From NCBI GenBank assembly GCA_964632315.1, contig CAZWEM010000004.1, positions 64,001 through 128,000 of the forward strand: a stretch of DNA of 64,000 nucleotides, written 5' to 3'. Shown piece by piece: positions 50,691 to 59,877 of this stretch (positions within the stretch are counted from its first letter, which is position 1; every line of letters begins with the position of its first letter). The notes under the pieces were generated by a model. The model had not been told where the DNA came from and ran no database searches. It saw nothing but the letters and a program-made list of their open reading frames with translations. The stretch comes from an uncultured archaeon (GTDB taxonomy: Archaea; Asgardarchaeota; Lokiarchaeia; Sigyniarchaeales; SOKP01). A program made the translations under genes and the position numbers.

Positions 50691-52844
50691 TTGCAAGTTG
50701 AATGTTCAAGTCCAGTATGTAAGATTGATGATGAAGAAATCGAGGAAAGGGAATCGTTATTTGAAGTAAATTTCTGGAGGTTTATCATACCTTCCGTGAT
50801 TATACTGGCTATTTCAATCTTTTTAGAATTTTTTACTAATCAAACTTTATTGAGCCAAATTTTGGCAATTATATCAATATTTCTTTCAAGTTATGACATT
50901 GTTAAAGAAGCAATTGAAGATCTTATCAAGAAAAAGATTACAGCAAATACTTTAATGGTAGTCGCCGCAGTTGCATCCTTTTTTATATTTCATGGACAAG
51001 AGGGCGCAACAGCAATTCTTTTATATGCGATTGCTGAACATTTGGAAGTAATTACTACTGAACGTTCAAGAAATGCAATTAAAGAATTATATGAACTAAC
51101 ACCAGATGAAGCATTACTCAAAGTTAATGATTCATATAAGAATGTGAGTACTGATCAAATAGAGATTGGAGATATCATTGGAATTAAACCAGGAATGAAA
51201 GCACCTTTAGATGGAACTGTAATTGCTGGGCAATCATATTTTGATGAAAGTGCGATTACAGGAGAATCAGTACCAGTTTATAAGGAAGAGGGTGATGAAG
51301 TATATGCTGCAAGCATTAATAGTGATAGTTTTATAGATTTGAAGGTTACTACTGTAAGCTCTAATACTGTAGTGGCTCAAATTGCTGAAAGTATAAAGCT
51401 TGCTCAACAAAATAAATCAGAGGGAGAAAAATTTATCGAAAAATTCGCACGTTATTATACTCCTACTATTCTAATTGCATCAATAATGGTAATGATCATT
51501 CCAACAATAGTATTTCACTTAAATTTTAATGATTGGTTTTATCGAGGACTTGTTCTATTAGTAGTTTCTTGTCCTTGTGCTTTAACTTTATCCACACCGA
51601 TAGCAAATATTACAGCTTTAACAAAATTAGCAAAAGAAGGAATTTTAGTCAAAGGTAATAAGTATATTGAGAAGGTGAATAAAATTAATGCATTTGCTTT
51701 TGATAAAACGGGAACTCTCACTGAAGGAAATTTAAAGGTTTTCGAAGTCCAGTCCTACGGAATCGAAAAAGAGGAAGTTCTTTCTATTGCTGCAAGCCTT
51801 GAATCCCTCTCAGAGCATCCTATAGGAAGAGCAATTGTTAACCAAGTTTCTCAAATGGATATAGATACTTCCCCCGTTCAAAATTTCGAAATTATCAGGG
51901 GTAAGGGAATCAAGGGTGAGATTGACAATAATTTATATTATGTAGGAAGTAAGAGATTCTTTCAAGATTTAGGAATTAAATTACCTAGAGAAGATTTAGA
52001 TGCAATCGAAATTGCTGGAACAATTGCTATATTATTGGGTACAGAAAGTTCCATCTTAGGAATTATTTCGATTAGAGACGTTCTACGGGTTACTGCGCCT
52101 ATATTAATCGATGGTTTGAAAAAAAGAGGTTTTGAAGCTGCACTTATTTCAGGCGATAGTCAAAATGTTTGCAATGAAATTGGCGCTTGTCTTGATATTG
52201 ATAGTGCTCGAGGTGAATTATTACCCAATCAAAAGATTGAGGAAATTGATAATTTAAAATCACAATATAATGAAGTTGCCATGGTGGGAGATGGCATAAA
52301 TGATGCACCTTCTCTGGCTAGATCTGACTTAGGAATCGCTATTGGAGCTTCAGCTACAGACTTAACACTTGAAACTGCCGATGTTATTATTATGAATGAT
52401 GATCTAAAAAAAATTCTGACCTTTATTGATATCTCAACAAATACAAATAAAATTATAAAGCAAAATATTTGGACATCAATAATAGTAAAAGTTTTATTCG
52501 CTGTTTTAACGGTATTTGGATTGATGACTTTGTGGTTAGCAGTAGGTGTTGGTGATATGGGAGTTTCTCTTTTAGTTTTGTTCAATGGTTTGACAATTCT
52601 AAGATATAGGAATAAATTTAAACAATTGAATATTGAAAAAGTTGAATCTAAAGCAAAAATGTTAATTTGTGAGAATTGTAAAACTAAGAGGTTGATCCCT
52701 CAACATCATGGCAGAGATATGCTAAAATCTCAGAATAAGTTAATTTGTTGGAGAAAGATGCTTGATAGCGATGAAATAGAACCATGCGACGAAGAACTTC
52801 CATTATACTGTCCGAATTGTGAAAATAAGTTGCAAGTTGTGTAA
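50691..52844 (+). CDS. P1B-type heavy-metal ATPase (Zn/Cd-type, P1B-2-like)
   Basis: TGES, SCPC, DKTGT, SEHP, GDGINDAP, QN-x7-K and DMG. Confidence 0.93.
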   Translation: MQVECSSPVCKIDDEEIEERESLFEVNFWRFIIPSVIILAISIFLEFFTNQTLLSQILAIISIFLSSYDIVKEAIEDLIKKKITANTLMVVAAVASFFIFHGQEGATAILLYAIAEHLEVITTERSRNAIKELYELTPDEALLKVNDSYKNVSTDQIEIGDIIGIKPGMKAPLDGTVIAGQSYFDESAITGESVPVYKEEGDEVYAASINSDSFIDLKVTTVSSNTVVAQIAESIKLAQQNKSEGEKFIEKFARYYTPTILIASIMVMIIPTIVFHLNFNDWFYRGLVLLVVSCPCALTLSTPIANITALTKLAKEGILVKGNKYIEKVNKINAFAFDKTGTLTEGNLKVFEVQSYGIEKEEVLSIAASLESLSEHPIGRAIVNQVSQMDIDTSPVQNFEIIRGKGIKGEIDNNLYYVGSKRFFQDLGIKLPREDLDAIEIAGTIAILLGTESSILGIISIRDVLRVTAPILIDGLKKRGFEAALISGDSQNVCNEIGACLDIDSARGELLPNQKIEEIDNLKSQYNEVAMVGDGINDAPSLARSDLGIAIGASATDLTLETADVIIMNDDLKKILTFIDISTNTNKIIKQNIWTSIIVKVLFAVLTVFGLMTLWLAVGVGDMGVSLLVLFNGLTILRYRNKFKQLNIEKVESKAKMLICENCKTKRLIPQHHGRDMLKSQNKLICWRKMLDSDEIEPCDEELPLYCPNCENKLQVV

Positions 52845-52868
52845 TGAATTTAAAGTTAGAAAAATCAG

Positions 52869-52953
52869 TGCGGGAAGGGAGATTTGAACTCCCGTACTCC
52901 TACGAGACTGGATTCTGAGTCCAGCGCCTTTGACCAAACTTGGCAATTCCCGC
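52869..52953 (-). tRNA. tRNA-Leu(CAG), no intron, CCA not encoded
   Basis: Reverse complement GCGGGAATTGCCAAGTTTGGTCAAAGGCGCTGGACTCAGAATCCAGTCTCGTAGGAGTACGGGAGTTCAAATCTCCCTTCCCGCA; anticodon arm CTGGA-CTCAGAA-TCCAG; long variable arm. Confidence 0.95.
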
Positions 52954-53087
52954 TATTTTTGTATTTGTCTTCTAATTTGTATGAAAATAATTACATGGAG
53001 TTTTTATACCTTATGAAGTTATTTAAGGTAAATGTTTTATTATAAGTAATAGATATTATGTATTAAGAATAAATAAATCCTCTAAAA

Positions 53088-53828
53088 ATGACAGTAGATC
53101 AAAATATTCCAAAAAGAGTGGATCAATCCATCATTGTGTATCAATTTAATGATCAAATCGGTGATTTCGAAGAATTAATTATCGATCCAGATGTGAATTT
53201 AACTGATTTATTAGATGACGATTTCATTCTATTATTCATCGATCCTAAACATTATCGGGTTTGGCTTTGGCATGGTTGGAATACAACAACCCGAATGAAG
53301 TTTATTGCTGCGAAAATGGCTCAACCAATTAGAGACAAGCATGGAATAGCATATAAGATTACTGCTGTTGATCAAGATAATGAAACACGCCCTTTTAATG
53401 TAATGATTGGTAAGGAAGAAGAAATTGATTATGAAAAGGAACAAACTGGTCCAGCCTATGAAGGGAGTGAGGAGGATTTAGAACTATTACAAAGCCTCTC
53501 GAGAGAAAAAATTTTGCTTATTCTTGAGAAAGCAGGGATTCCTGAAGGATATGAAAGGAAAATGGTCATCGTTAAGAATAAAATATTTGGTTATAAAGAA
53601 TATGAGAAGAATTACAGGGGATCAGTAATCATGGAGCCACAACTATTCCCCTTGAAAGAAGAAGTTGAAGATGGAGCATATTTAGCGGAAGATTATGTAC
53701 CTCGAATGCTTTTTTCATATAACAATGTTGTTCTCACGGAATTACTTCAAAAAATAGAAGGAAATCAAGAAAAGGAATCTAATACAGACGTTATTGAAAA
53801 GACATCATTAAAAGAAAACAATGCATGA
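53088..53828 (+). CDS. Asgard gelsolin-domain protein (one gelsolin domain plus C-terminal extra domain, 1DGelX-like)
   Basis: LLDDDFILLFID...VWLWHG..TT.RMKFIA...AVDQDNETRPF gelsolin-repeat pattern. Confidence 0.75.
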   Translation: MTVDQNIPKRVDQSIIVYQFNDQIGDFEELIIDPDVNLTDLLDDDFILLFIDPKHYRVWLWHGWNTTTRMKFIAAKMAQPIRDKHGIAYKITAVDQDNETRPFNVMIGKEEEIDYEKEQTGPAYEGSEEDLELLQSLSREKILLILEKAGIPEGYERKMVIVKNKIFGYKEYEKNYRGSVIMEPQLFPLKEEVEDGAYLAEDYVPRMLFSYNNVVLTELLQKIEGNQEKESNTDVIEKTSLKENNA

Positions 53829-53835
53829 CAGTATC

Positions 53836-53973
53836 ATGTCTAACAGAAGAAGATATGTTAAAAAAAAGAAGTTTAAAACGTCACATAAAGCTATTTTAAT
53901 ACTTCTTATATTCATAATTAGTGCTTTAGCAAGCATTTTTCTTTTTCTTGCTTCGGCTCCTTGGTTACATTAG
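53836..53973 (+). CDS. Small single-pass membrane protein (45 aa, not in the ORF track)
   Basis: MSNRRRYVKKKKFKTSHKAILILLIFIISALASIFLFLASAPWLH*; ATG 7 nt after the gelsolin stop. Confidence 0.55.
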   Translation: MSNRRRYVKKKKFKTSHKAILILLIFIISALASIFLFLASAPWLH

Positions 53974-54034
53974 ATAATCAAACATTTAATCAAAATGATT
54001 TTATTTAGTCTAAACTTAATTAAAGATCATTAGT

Positions 54035-54742
54035 ATGAAGCTTAAAAAAATAGATTACGTCTTTATTGTGTTAATTTTTATTATTACATTGGTTTCAATC
54101 GATCTCTTGATTAATAAATCACATAGAGTTATAATTGAAGATATATCGAAGTTTCCACCATTTCAAAATTTAATTTCGGGTCTATTAATCACTTTTTTTG
54201 TAACTTTAATCGGAAATTTATTGCCATTCCCCACACCATACACCTTTGTAGTATGTTATAGTACTTTGCCTTTTTTAAGCCTAAACCTTTTCGTACCTCT
54301 ATTAGTTGGTTTTATAGCAAGCTTGGGTTGTTTAATAGGTGAAATGGGAGGTTATCTTACTGGAAGAGCTGCTTCTACAATGATTTCGGAAAAAGGCTTA
54401 GTTAAACTTTCTCGTTACCAAAAGATCCTTATAGATCATCCTAAATTTGCGCCCTTTATGGTATTTATCGCGGCCCTTACTCCTATAAATGATGATATGA
54501 TTACAGTTCCGCTAGGAATTTTAAAATATTCGTTCAAGAAAACTGTTTTTTGGTGTTGGCTTGGTAAATTAGGTTTAATGTTAATTTTTGCATATAACAC
54601 AATCAATATCTGTAGTTTATTGGGGGGAGGAAATTGGATATTGAGTATCCTAACAATATATGCTATTACTATTTTTGTATATCTAATGATAAAAATTGAT
54701 TTAATTGAATTATATAATAAAATTTTTAAGAAAAAGAGATAG
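54035..54742 (+). CDS. DedA/VTT-domain membrane protein
   Basis: LPFPTP, GEMGGYLTGR, AALTPINDD, LGK motifs. Confidence 0.8.
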   Translation: MKLKKIDYVFIVLIFIITLVSIDLLINKSHRVIIEDISKFPPFQNLISGLLITFFVTLIGNLLPFPTPYTFVVCYSTLPFLSLNLFVPLLVGFIASLGCLIGEMGGYLTGRAASTMISEKGLVKLSRYQKILIDHPKFAPFMVFIAALTPINDDMITVPLGILKYSFKKTVFWCWLGKLGLMLIFAYNTINICSLLGGGNWILSILTIYAITIFVYLMIKIDLIELYNKIFKKKR

Positions 54743-54743
54743 A

Positions 54744-56270
54744 TTAATCTTTATTCTTAATCTCTATACCATCCGGTAAAGTTATGCTATCAGTCATTAA
54801 TCCTTCAGCTTTCTTATAATCATCAAAAGTTCTACCTTTAACCATGTTCATGTAATCTTTTAGCCTTTGATCAATTTCTGGATCTAATTTGATGATTGGG
54901 GGTGAATTAAGAATTTCCTCTACTTTTTCTCGTGCCCTCGTGATGATATTTTTAGCTCCTTTTTTATACCAAGTAGATCTTCTTGCCCTATCTGCTAATT
55001 TTGGCATGTATAATTCAGATTTCATGTGATTCCGAGTATGAGCTTCTGCTAAATAATTCACACCTTTTGTTTCGCTCGTAGATACTTTTTTAATCACATC
55101 TAATCCAATGGTATCTTCGTTGACAATTATCCCTTCCATCATTCTCTTAATCATTCCAATTAAATCATCATCTATCACGAGTAATTCTAATGACTCTACT
55201 AAAGTGGCTTCATAGGTACCCGCACAAGTGATATAATTAATCCCTGCTTGAGCAGCTAACATTAACGTTTGTAATCTTTCATAGCCATTTTGCAGGTCTA
55301 GCAATTTAGAATCGGTACCTGCCCCCGGTCCACGAGAGGGAATATTGTAATATCTAGCTAATTGTGCAATACCAGCAGTTATTAATCCCATTTCGATGGA
55401 ACCCATAGCAGAATTACCAGTTCTCATATCTGTGATATGTGAAACAGTTCCAAAAAAGATAGGAGCACCTGGATTGAAAATTTGAGACACAACAACACTA
55501 CCTATTATTTCAGCATTTGTTTGTGTCAATAAACCAGCTAAGGTTACTGGAGCTGAGGCACCTGCCAGAGCTTCAGGTGCGATGATGGTTGGTTGCTTGT
55601 ATTTTGCAAATACCGAAAAACCATTAGTCATTATCTGAGGCAAATGAAGCGGTGAAGTAGGATTCATAAAACCAATTAATCTCGGTCTTTTTATGAGTTC
55701 TTCATCCCCACCCACTATGATAGATGCCATATTCATCATATCTTGGGAAGCTAACCTTCCCAAACAGCCAAGACCATAAGGCTTTTTAGTATTTTTTACC
55801 CATTGATAAATACATTCCGAATGAATAGTTATATATGAAATATCATTCGGCCAGACATCAATATGGGAACAAACTAAATTTTCTAATCGATCAACGATGC
55901 GTATTTGTTGGATAGTATCATCAAGAACAGTCTTTCTTACTCCTTTTTTACTATTCTTATCATAAATCTTCACAGGAGTTCCAATTGTAGCGAATTGACT
56001 GGTTTCAGTATTCACCTCAAAAGAGAATGATCCATCTGGACCATATAGCTTAAAATTACTTGGTACAGTTTTAAGCTTTTCCTTAATTAAAGATTCCGAA
56101 AATTTTACGAAATCAGTATTGTCATCAATTATTGCCCCGTTATCTTTCAGAAGTTGTTTAACTTCATTAGAATCTATTTTGATCCCTACTTCGGTAAGGA
56201 GGGATATGGTGGCTGAATGGATTGCTTCAACTTCATCTTTCGAAAAGACTGCTAATTTTTCTAATTTCAA
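54744..56270 (-). CDS. MttB-superfamily methyltransferase, non-pyrrolysine (paralogue 1)
   Basis: SPL, GASAPVTLAGLL, NAE, PGAP, DMRTG, TDSKLLDLQNGYE; no in-frame amber codon. Confidence 0.9.
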   Translation of the reverse strand: MKLEKLAVFSKDEVEAIHSATISLLTEVGIKIDSNEVKQLLKDNGAIIDDNTDFVKFSESLIKEKLKTVPSNFKLYGPDGSFSFEVNTETSQFATIGTPVKIYDKNSKKGVRKTVLDDTIQQIRIVDRLENLVCSHIDVWPNDISYITIHSECIYQWVKNTKKPYGLGCLGRLASQDMMNMASIIVGGDEELIKRPRLIGFMNPTSPLHLPQIMTNGFSVFAKYKQPTIIAPEALAGASAPVTLAGLLTQTNAEIIGSVVVSQIFNPGAPIFFGTVSHITDMRTGNSAMGSIEMGLITAGIAQLARYYNIPSRGPGAGTDSKLLDLQNGYERLQTLMLAAQAGINYITCAGTYEATLVESLELLVIDDDLIGMIKRMMEGIIVNEDTIGLDVIKKVSTSETKGVNYLAEAHTRNHMKSELYMPKLADRARRSTWYKKGAKNIITRAREKVEEILNSPPIIKLDPEIDQRLKDYMNMVKGRTFDDYKKAEGLMTDSITLPDGIEIKNKD

Positions 56271-56284
56271 TTAAACATCACTCC

Positions 56285-56932
56285 CTACTTATCAGCAAGA
56301 ATTTTTTTTATTTTATCTACTGCTTCAATAGCATCATCAGCATGGGCATCTGCTCCGATTTGATCGGCCCAATCCTCAGAAGTAGGAGCACCTCCGACAA
56401 TGACTTTATATTTATCTCGTAAACCTCGCTTTTTCAGCTCTTCTATTACTTCTTTCTGAAAATCCATAGACATCGTTAAAAGCGATGATAAGCCAATGAC
56501 ATCAGCACCTACTTCCTCTGCCTTAGATATGAATTGATCAGCGGTTACTTCTACTCCTAAGTTATATACCTCAAATCCGTTTGAAAACAAGAATGATCCT
56601 ACAAGATCCTTACCAATGCTATGCACATCACTTTCCACCGTCCCTATTACAACTTTGCCTTGTGATTCTTTCTTTTCTCCAGCTGCTCGAATAGCAGGGT
56701 CTAAAACATTGTCAATAGCACCTTTCACCGTTTCAGCGGATCCAATAAGTTCGGGGAGAAATATTTCCTCTTCTTCAAATTGATCACCAATAAATTTCAT
56801 AATTTCTCCTATGATTTTAAGAAGCTCTGATGCTGTCGCTTCTTTATTAGTCAAAATTGTCTTACAATACTCAATCAATCCTTCTGTGTCCCATTCTGAA
56901 ACCAGATCTTTGATTTTTTCCTTAATATTCAA
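56285..56932 (-). CDS. Methyltransferase cognate corrinoid protein
   Basis: FLPEL cap domain, DVHSIGKDLV (DxHxxG), SSLLT, VGGAP. Confidence 0.92.
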   Translation of the reverse strand: MNIKEKIKDLVSEWDTEGLIEYCKTILTNKEATASELLKIIGEIMKFIGDQFEEEEIFLPELIGSAETVKGAIDNVLDPAIRAAGEKKESQGKVVIGTVESDVHSIGKDLVGSFLFSNGFEVYNLGVEVTADQFISKAEEVGADVIGLSSLLTMSMDFQKEVIEELKKRGLRDKYKVIVGGAPTSEDWADQIGADAHADDAIEAVDKIKKILADK

Positions 56933-56980
56933 TTTTTTTCCCGCTCAAATATAATAGATTTTTTGATTTAAGATAAGTTC

Positions 56981-57004
56981 TTTTCAAAAAAAACTTTTTG
57001 AAAA
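56981..57004. promoter_or_regulatory. Inverted repeat in the divergent promoter
   Basis: TTTTCAAAAA-AAAC-TTTTTGAAAA, perfect 10-bp arms but low complexity. Confidence 0.35.
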
Positions 57005-57064
57005 ACCTTATTTTATTATCATAAATTATTAAGCTCAAAATCTTTATTCCTAGATTGAATTCTC

Positions 57065-58573
57065 ATGAAGATGAATAAAATTGAAGTATTAGAAAAAGAT
57101 GAGATAGAATTAATTCATAATAAAACTTTAGAATTATTAGAAAAGCTTGGAGTGAAAGTGGAATCGGAAGAAGCACGTAAACTACTTAAGAATAGTGGAG
57201 CTATTGTCAATGAAAGAACTCAAAATGTGAAATTTCCAGCGGATTTAGTATTAGAGCAGTTAAAAAAGGTTCCAGATCATTTCACACTATGGGGCACTGA
57301 TAAATCCTTTAATTTTGAAGTGAATACTAAAACGGTGAATTTTGCGACAGTCGGGACACCAGTAAAAATTTATGATCCAACAAAGAAGAAAGGAATAAGA
57401 AAGACAAAATTAGCAGATACTATCAACCAGATTAGAATTGTAGATTCATCAAAAAACATAATGTGTTCCCACGTGGATGTTTGGCCTAATGATGTTCCCT
57501 ATTTAGAGTTACATTATCATGCTATTAAAGCTTGGGCTACTCATAGTAAAAAGCCTTATGGTTTAGGTTGTTTAGGTCGCGTTGCAAGCCAAGATATGAT
57601 GGATCTTACTTCAACCATCGTTGGAGGTCATGAAGAACTGGTGAGATTTCCGCGTTTAATTGGATTTTTCAATCCAGTAAGCCCTCTAATTTTAAACAAA
57701 CTCCAGCTCAATGGATTATTTATCTTTGCGAAAAATAAGCAACCGACCATCATCGCTCCTGCGGCAAGTGCAGGTTCGACCGCTCCAGTCACGCTAGCAG
57801 GATTATTGATTCAATCTAATATGGAAACTTTGTCTTCAATAACTTTAACTCAATTAATAAATCCTGGATGTCCCGTGTTCTATTCTACCATGAATGCTCC
57901 AATGGATCCCCCTACTGGGAATGTAGCTTGGGGTTCAATCGAGACAGGGTTAATAACCATTGGAGCCGCACAAATGGGACGTTTTTATAATATTCCCTCA
58001 AGAGGACCAGGATTAGTTACTGAATCAAAATGTTTTGATATTCAAAATGGATTTGAGAGGCTAATGACTCTTTTTTGCTCTGCTAATGCAGGCATTAATT
58101 ACATAACTTGTGCCGGCACCTATGAGTCTTCACTTGCTGAAGCGTTGGAATTATTGGTCATAGATGATGAGTTAATTGATATAGTGAAAAGAGGTTTTAA
58201 TGGCATACGAGTCGATGACGAAAGTATCGCGGTTGATCAGATCTCCCGAGTTGCTACTGAAGGAAAGAATTATCTCATGTTAAAACATACGGTAAAAAAT
58301 ACCCGAAAAGAGTTATTCGTACCAAAATTGGTAGATCGTGATAGAAGAGGAATCTGGCAAAGAAATGGGGCAAAAGACATCATCACGAGGGCACGAGAAA
58401 AAGTGGATGAAATTCTTAAAACGCAAAAGGGTCTTGGAATTTCGCAAGAAATAGAAGGAAAATTACAAGAGATTTATAAAAAGATTTCCTCTCGCACCTA
58501 TGATGATTTTAGAAAGGCAGAAGGAATGGATGATGATTCTCAACCAAAAGAATTACCTCAATTGGAGGATTAA
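57065..58573 (+). CDS. MttB-superfamily methyltransferase, non-pyrrolysine (paralogue 2)
   Basis: SPL, GSTAPVTLAGLL, PGCP, TESKCFDIQNGFE; no in-frame amber codon. Confidence 0.9.
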   Translation: MKMNKIEVLEKDEIELIHNKTLELLEKLGVKVESEEARKLLKNSGAIVNERTQNVKFPADLVLEQLKKVPDHFTLWGTDKSFNFEVNTKTVNFATVGTPVKIYDPTKKKGIRKTKLADTINQIRIVDSSKNIMCSHVDVWPNDVPYLELHYHAIKAWATHSKKPYGLGCLGRVASQDMMDLTSTIVGGHEELVRFPRLIGFFNPVSPLILNKLQLNGLFIFAKNKQPTIIAPAASAGSTAPVTLAGLLIQSNMETLSSITLTQLINPGCPVFYSTMNAPMDPPTGNVAWGSIETGLITIGAAQMGRFYNIPSRGPGLVTESKCFDIQNGFERLMTLFCSANAGINYITCAGTYESSLAEALELLVIDDELIDIVKRGFNGIRVDDESIAVDQISRVATEGKNYLMLKHTVKNTRKELFVPKLVDRDRRGIWQRNGAKDIITRAREKVDEILKTQKGLGISQEIEGKLQEIYKKISSRTYDDFRKAEGMDDDSQPKELPQLED

Positions 58574-58576
58574 ACC

Positions 58577-59860
58577 GTGGCTGAAGAAAAGAGAAAAAAA
58601 ACAGCAGATCAAGTAAATAAAGAATTAAGGGATAGATGGGATAAATTACACTTTGATACTCAACAAGGAAGAGCTGGAGAAGATCCTTATCCCACAGCTA
58701 CAGGAAGTTTAAGAATTCCTTTGTATGCGACTAAATCATATGCATACTCCACATTAGATGAGTTATTAAAAAACCACTATAATTATTCTAGAACTGAAAA
58801 CCCAACTTTATATGCTCTTGATCAAAAATTAGCTACCCTTCATGGAGGAGAAGCGGCGCTGTCAGTTGCATCTGGAATGTCAGCGGTCCATTTAGCGCTT
58901 TCAAGTATTATCCAAACTCGCGTTGAAAGAAAAAGGGAGAAAAAGATTAGAGAGTTACTTCCGCAAAATGATCCAGAAAAGATTCCAAATGTTCTGATTC
59001 ATAACAATCAATATACTGGAGTTTATCGGTTACTTACCAAAATATATCCTCAAACTGGAGTTATGGCTAAAATTATCGATATGAGAAATTTGGATGAGGT
59101 CAAAAATGCAATAGATATTAATACAAGAGGAATGTTTATTGAAACACCCTCAAATCCAAACTTAGATGTATTAGATATAAAATCATGTACTGATATAATT
59201 CATGAAGCGGGAGGAAAATGTATTGTAGATAACACATTCGCATCACCCGCTTTACAAAAACCATTAAATTTAGGAGTGGATTTGGTTGTAGAAAGCTTGA
59301 CGAAATTTATTAATGGTCATGGAGATACTCTAGGAGGAGCCATTATCGGGCCTAAAAATGAATTACAAAACATACGTTATTTTTGGTTAGAAACGTTTGG
59401 TCCTGTAATGCATCCCTTTAGTGCATGGTTGATTTTAAGGGGTTGCCGTACACTTAGCATGAGGATGGAACGCCATTGTTCAAATGCCAAAAAGATTGCG
59501 CAATTCTTAGAAAAGCATCCTAAAATAGAGAAAGTAATTTATCCCGGATTAAAATCACATCCAAATCATGAAATCGCAAAAAAACAGATGAAAGATTTCG
59601 GGGGAATGATCGGATTCGAACTGAAAACCGTTGAAGCATGCTATAAATTCATAAACTCTTTAAAATTGATTAAAGTAGGAGTTTCATTGGGAGACACGAC
59701 TTCTTTAATAGAATATACTTCCGTTATGACGGGGATTGATTTGGCTTCTTGGGAAAAGAGGAGGATGAGAATGTCAGACACGCATTTTCGTTTTTCTGTC
59801 GGTTTAGAGGATCCAGAGGACTTAATTAACGATTTAGCACACGCATTAGAAAAAATATAA
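58577..59860 (+). CDS. Cys/Met-metabolism PLP enzyme (methionine gamma-lyase/cystathionine lyase family)
   Basis: YSRTENPT, SGMSA, ETPSNP, DNTFASP, SLTKFINGHGD, SLG, RFSVGLE. Confidence 0.9.
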   Translation: MAEEKRKKTADQVNKELRDRWDKLHFDTQQGRAGEDPYPTATGSLRIPLYATKSYAYSTLDELLKNHYNYSRTENPTLYALDQKLATLHGGEAALSVASGMSAVHLALSSIIQTRVERKREKKIRELLPQNDPEKIPNVLIHNNQYTGVYRLLTKIYPQTGVMAKIIDMRNLDEVKNAIDINTRGMFIETPSNPNLDVLDIKSCTDIIHEAGGKCIVDNTFASPALQKPLNLGVDLVVESLTKFINGHGDTLGGAIIGPKNELQNIRYFWLETFGPVMHPFSAWLILRGCRTLSMRMERHCSNAKKIAQFLEKHPKIEKVIYPGLKSHPNHEIAKKQMKDFGGMIGFELKTVEACYKFINSLKLIKVGVSLGDTTSLIEYTSVMTGIDLASWEKRRMRMSDTHFRFSVGLEDPEDLINDLAHALEKI

Positions 59861-59877
59861 ATATAAAAAAAATTGAT

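Noticed and set aside
52845-53087. tRNA-Leu as an integration site of an island
   Set aside because: No integrase gene and no duplicated tRNA 3' end were seen in the window.
54744-58573. Pyrrolysine-containing trimethylamine methyltransferase
   Set aside because: Both ORFs are full length without an in-frame TAG, and no pyl genes are in the window.
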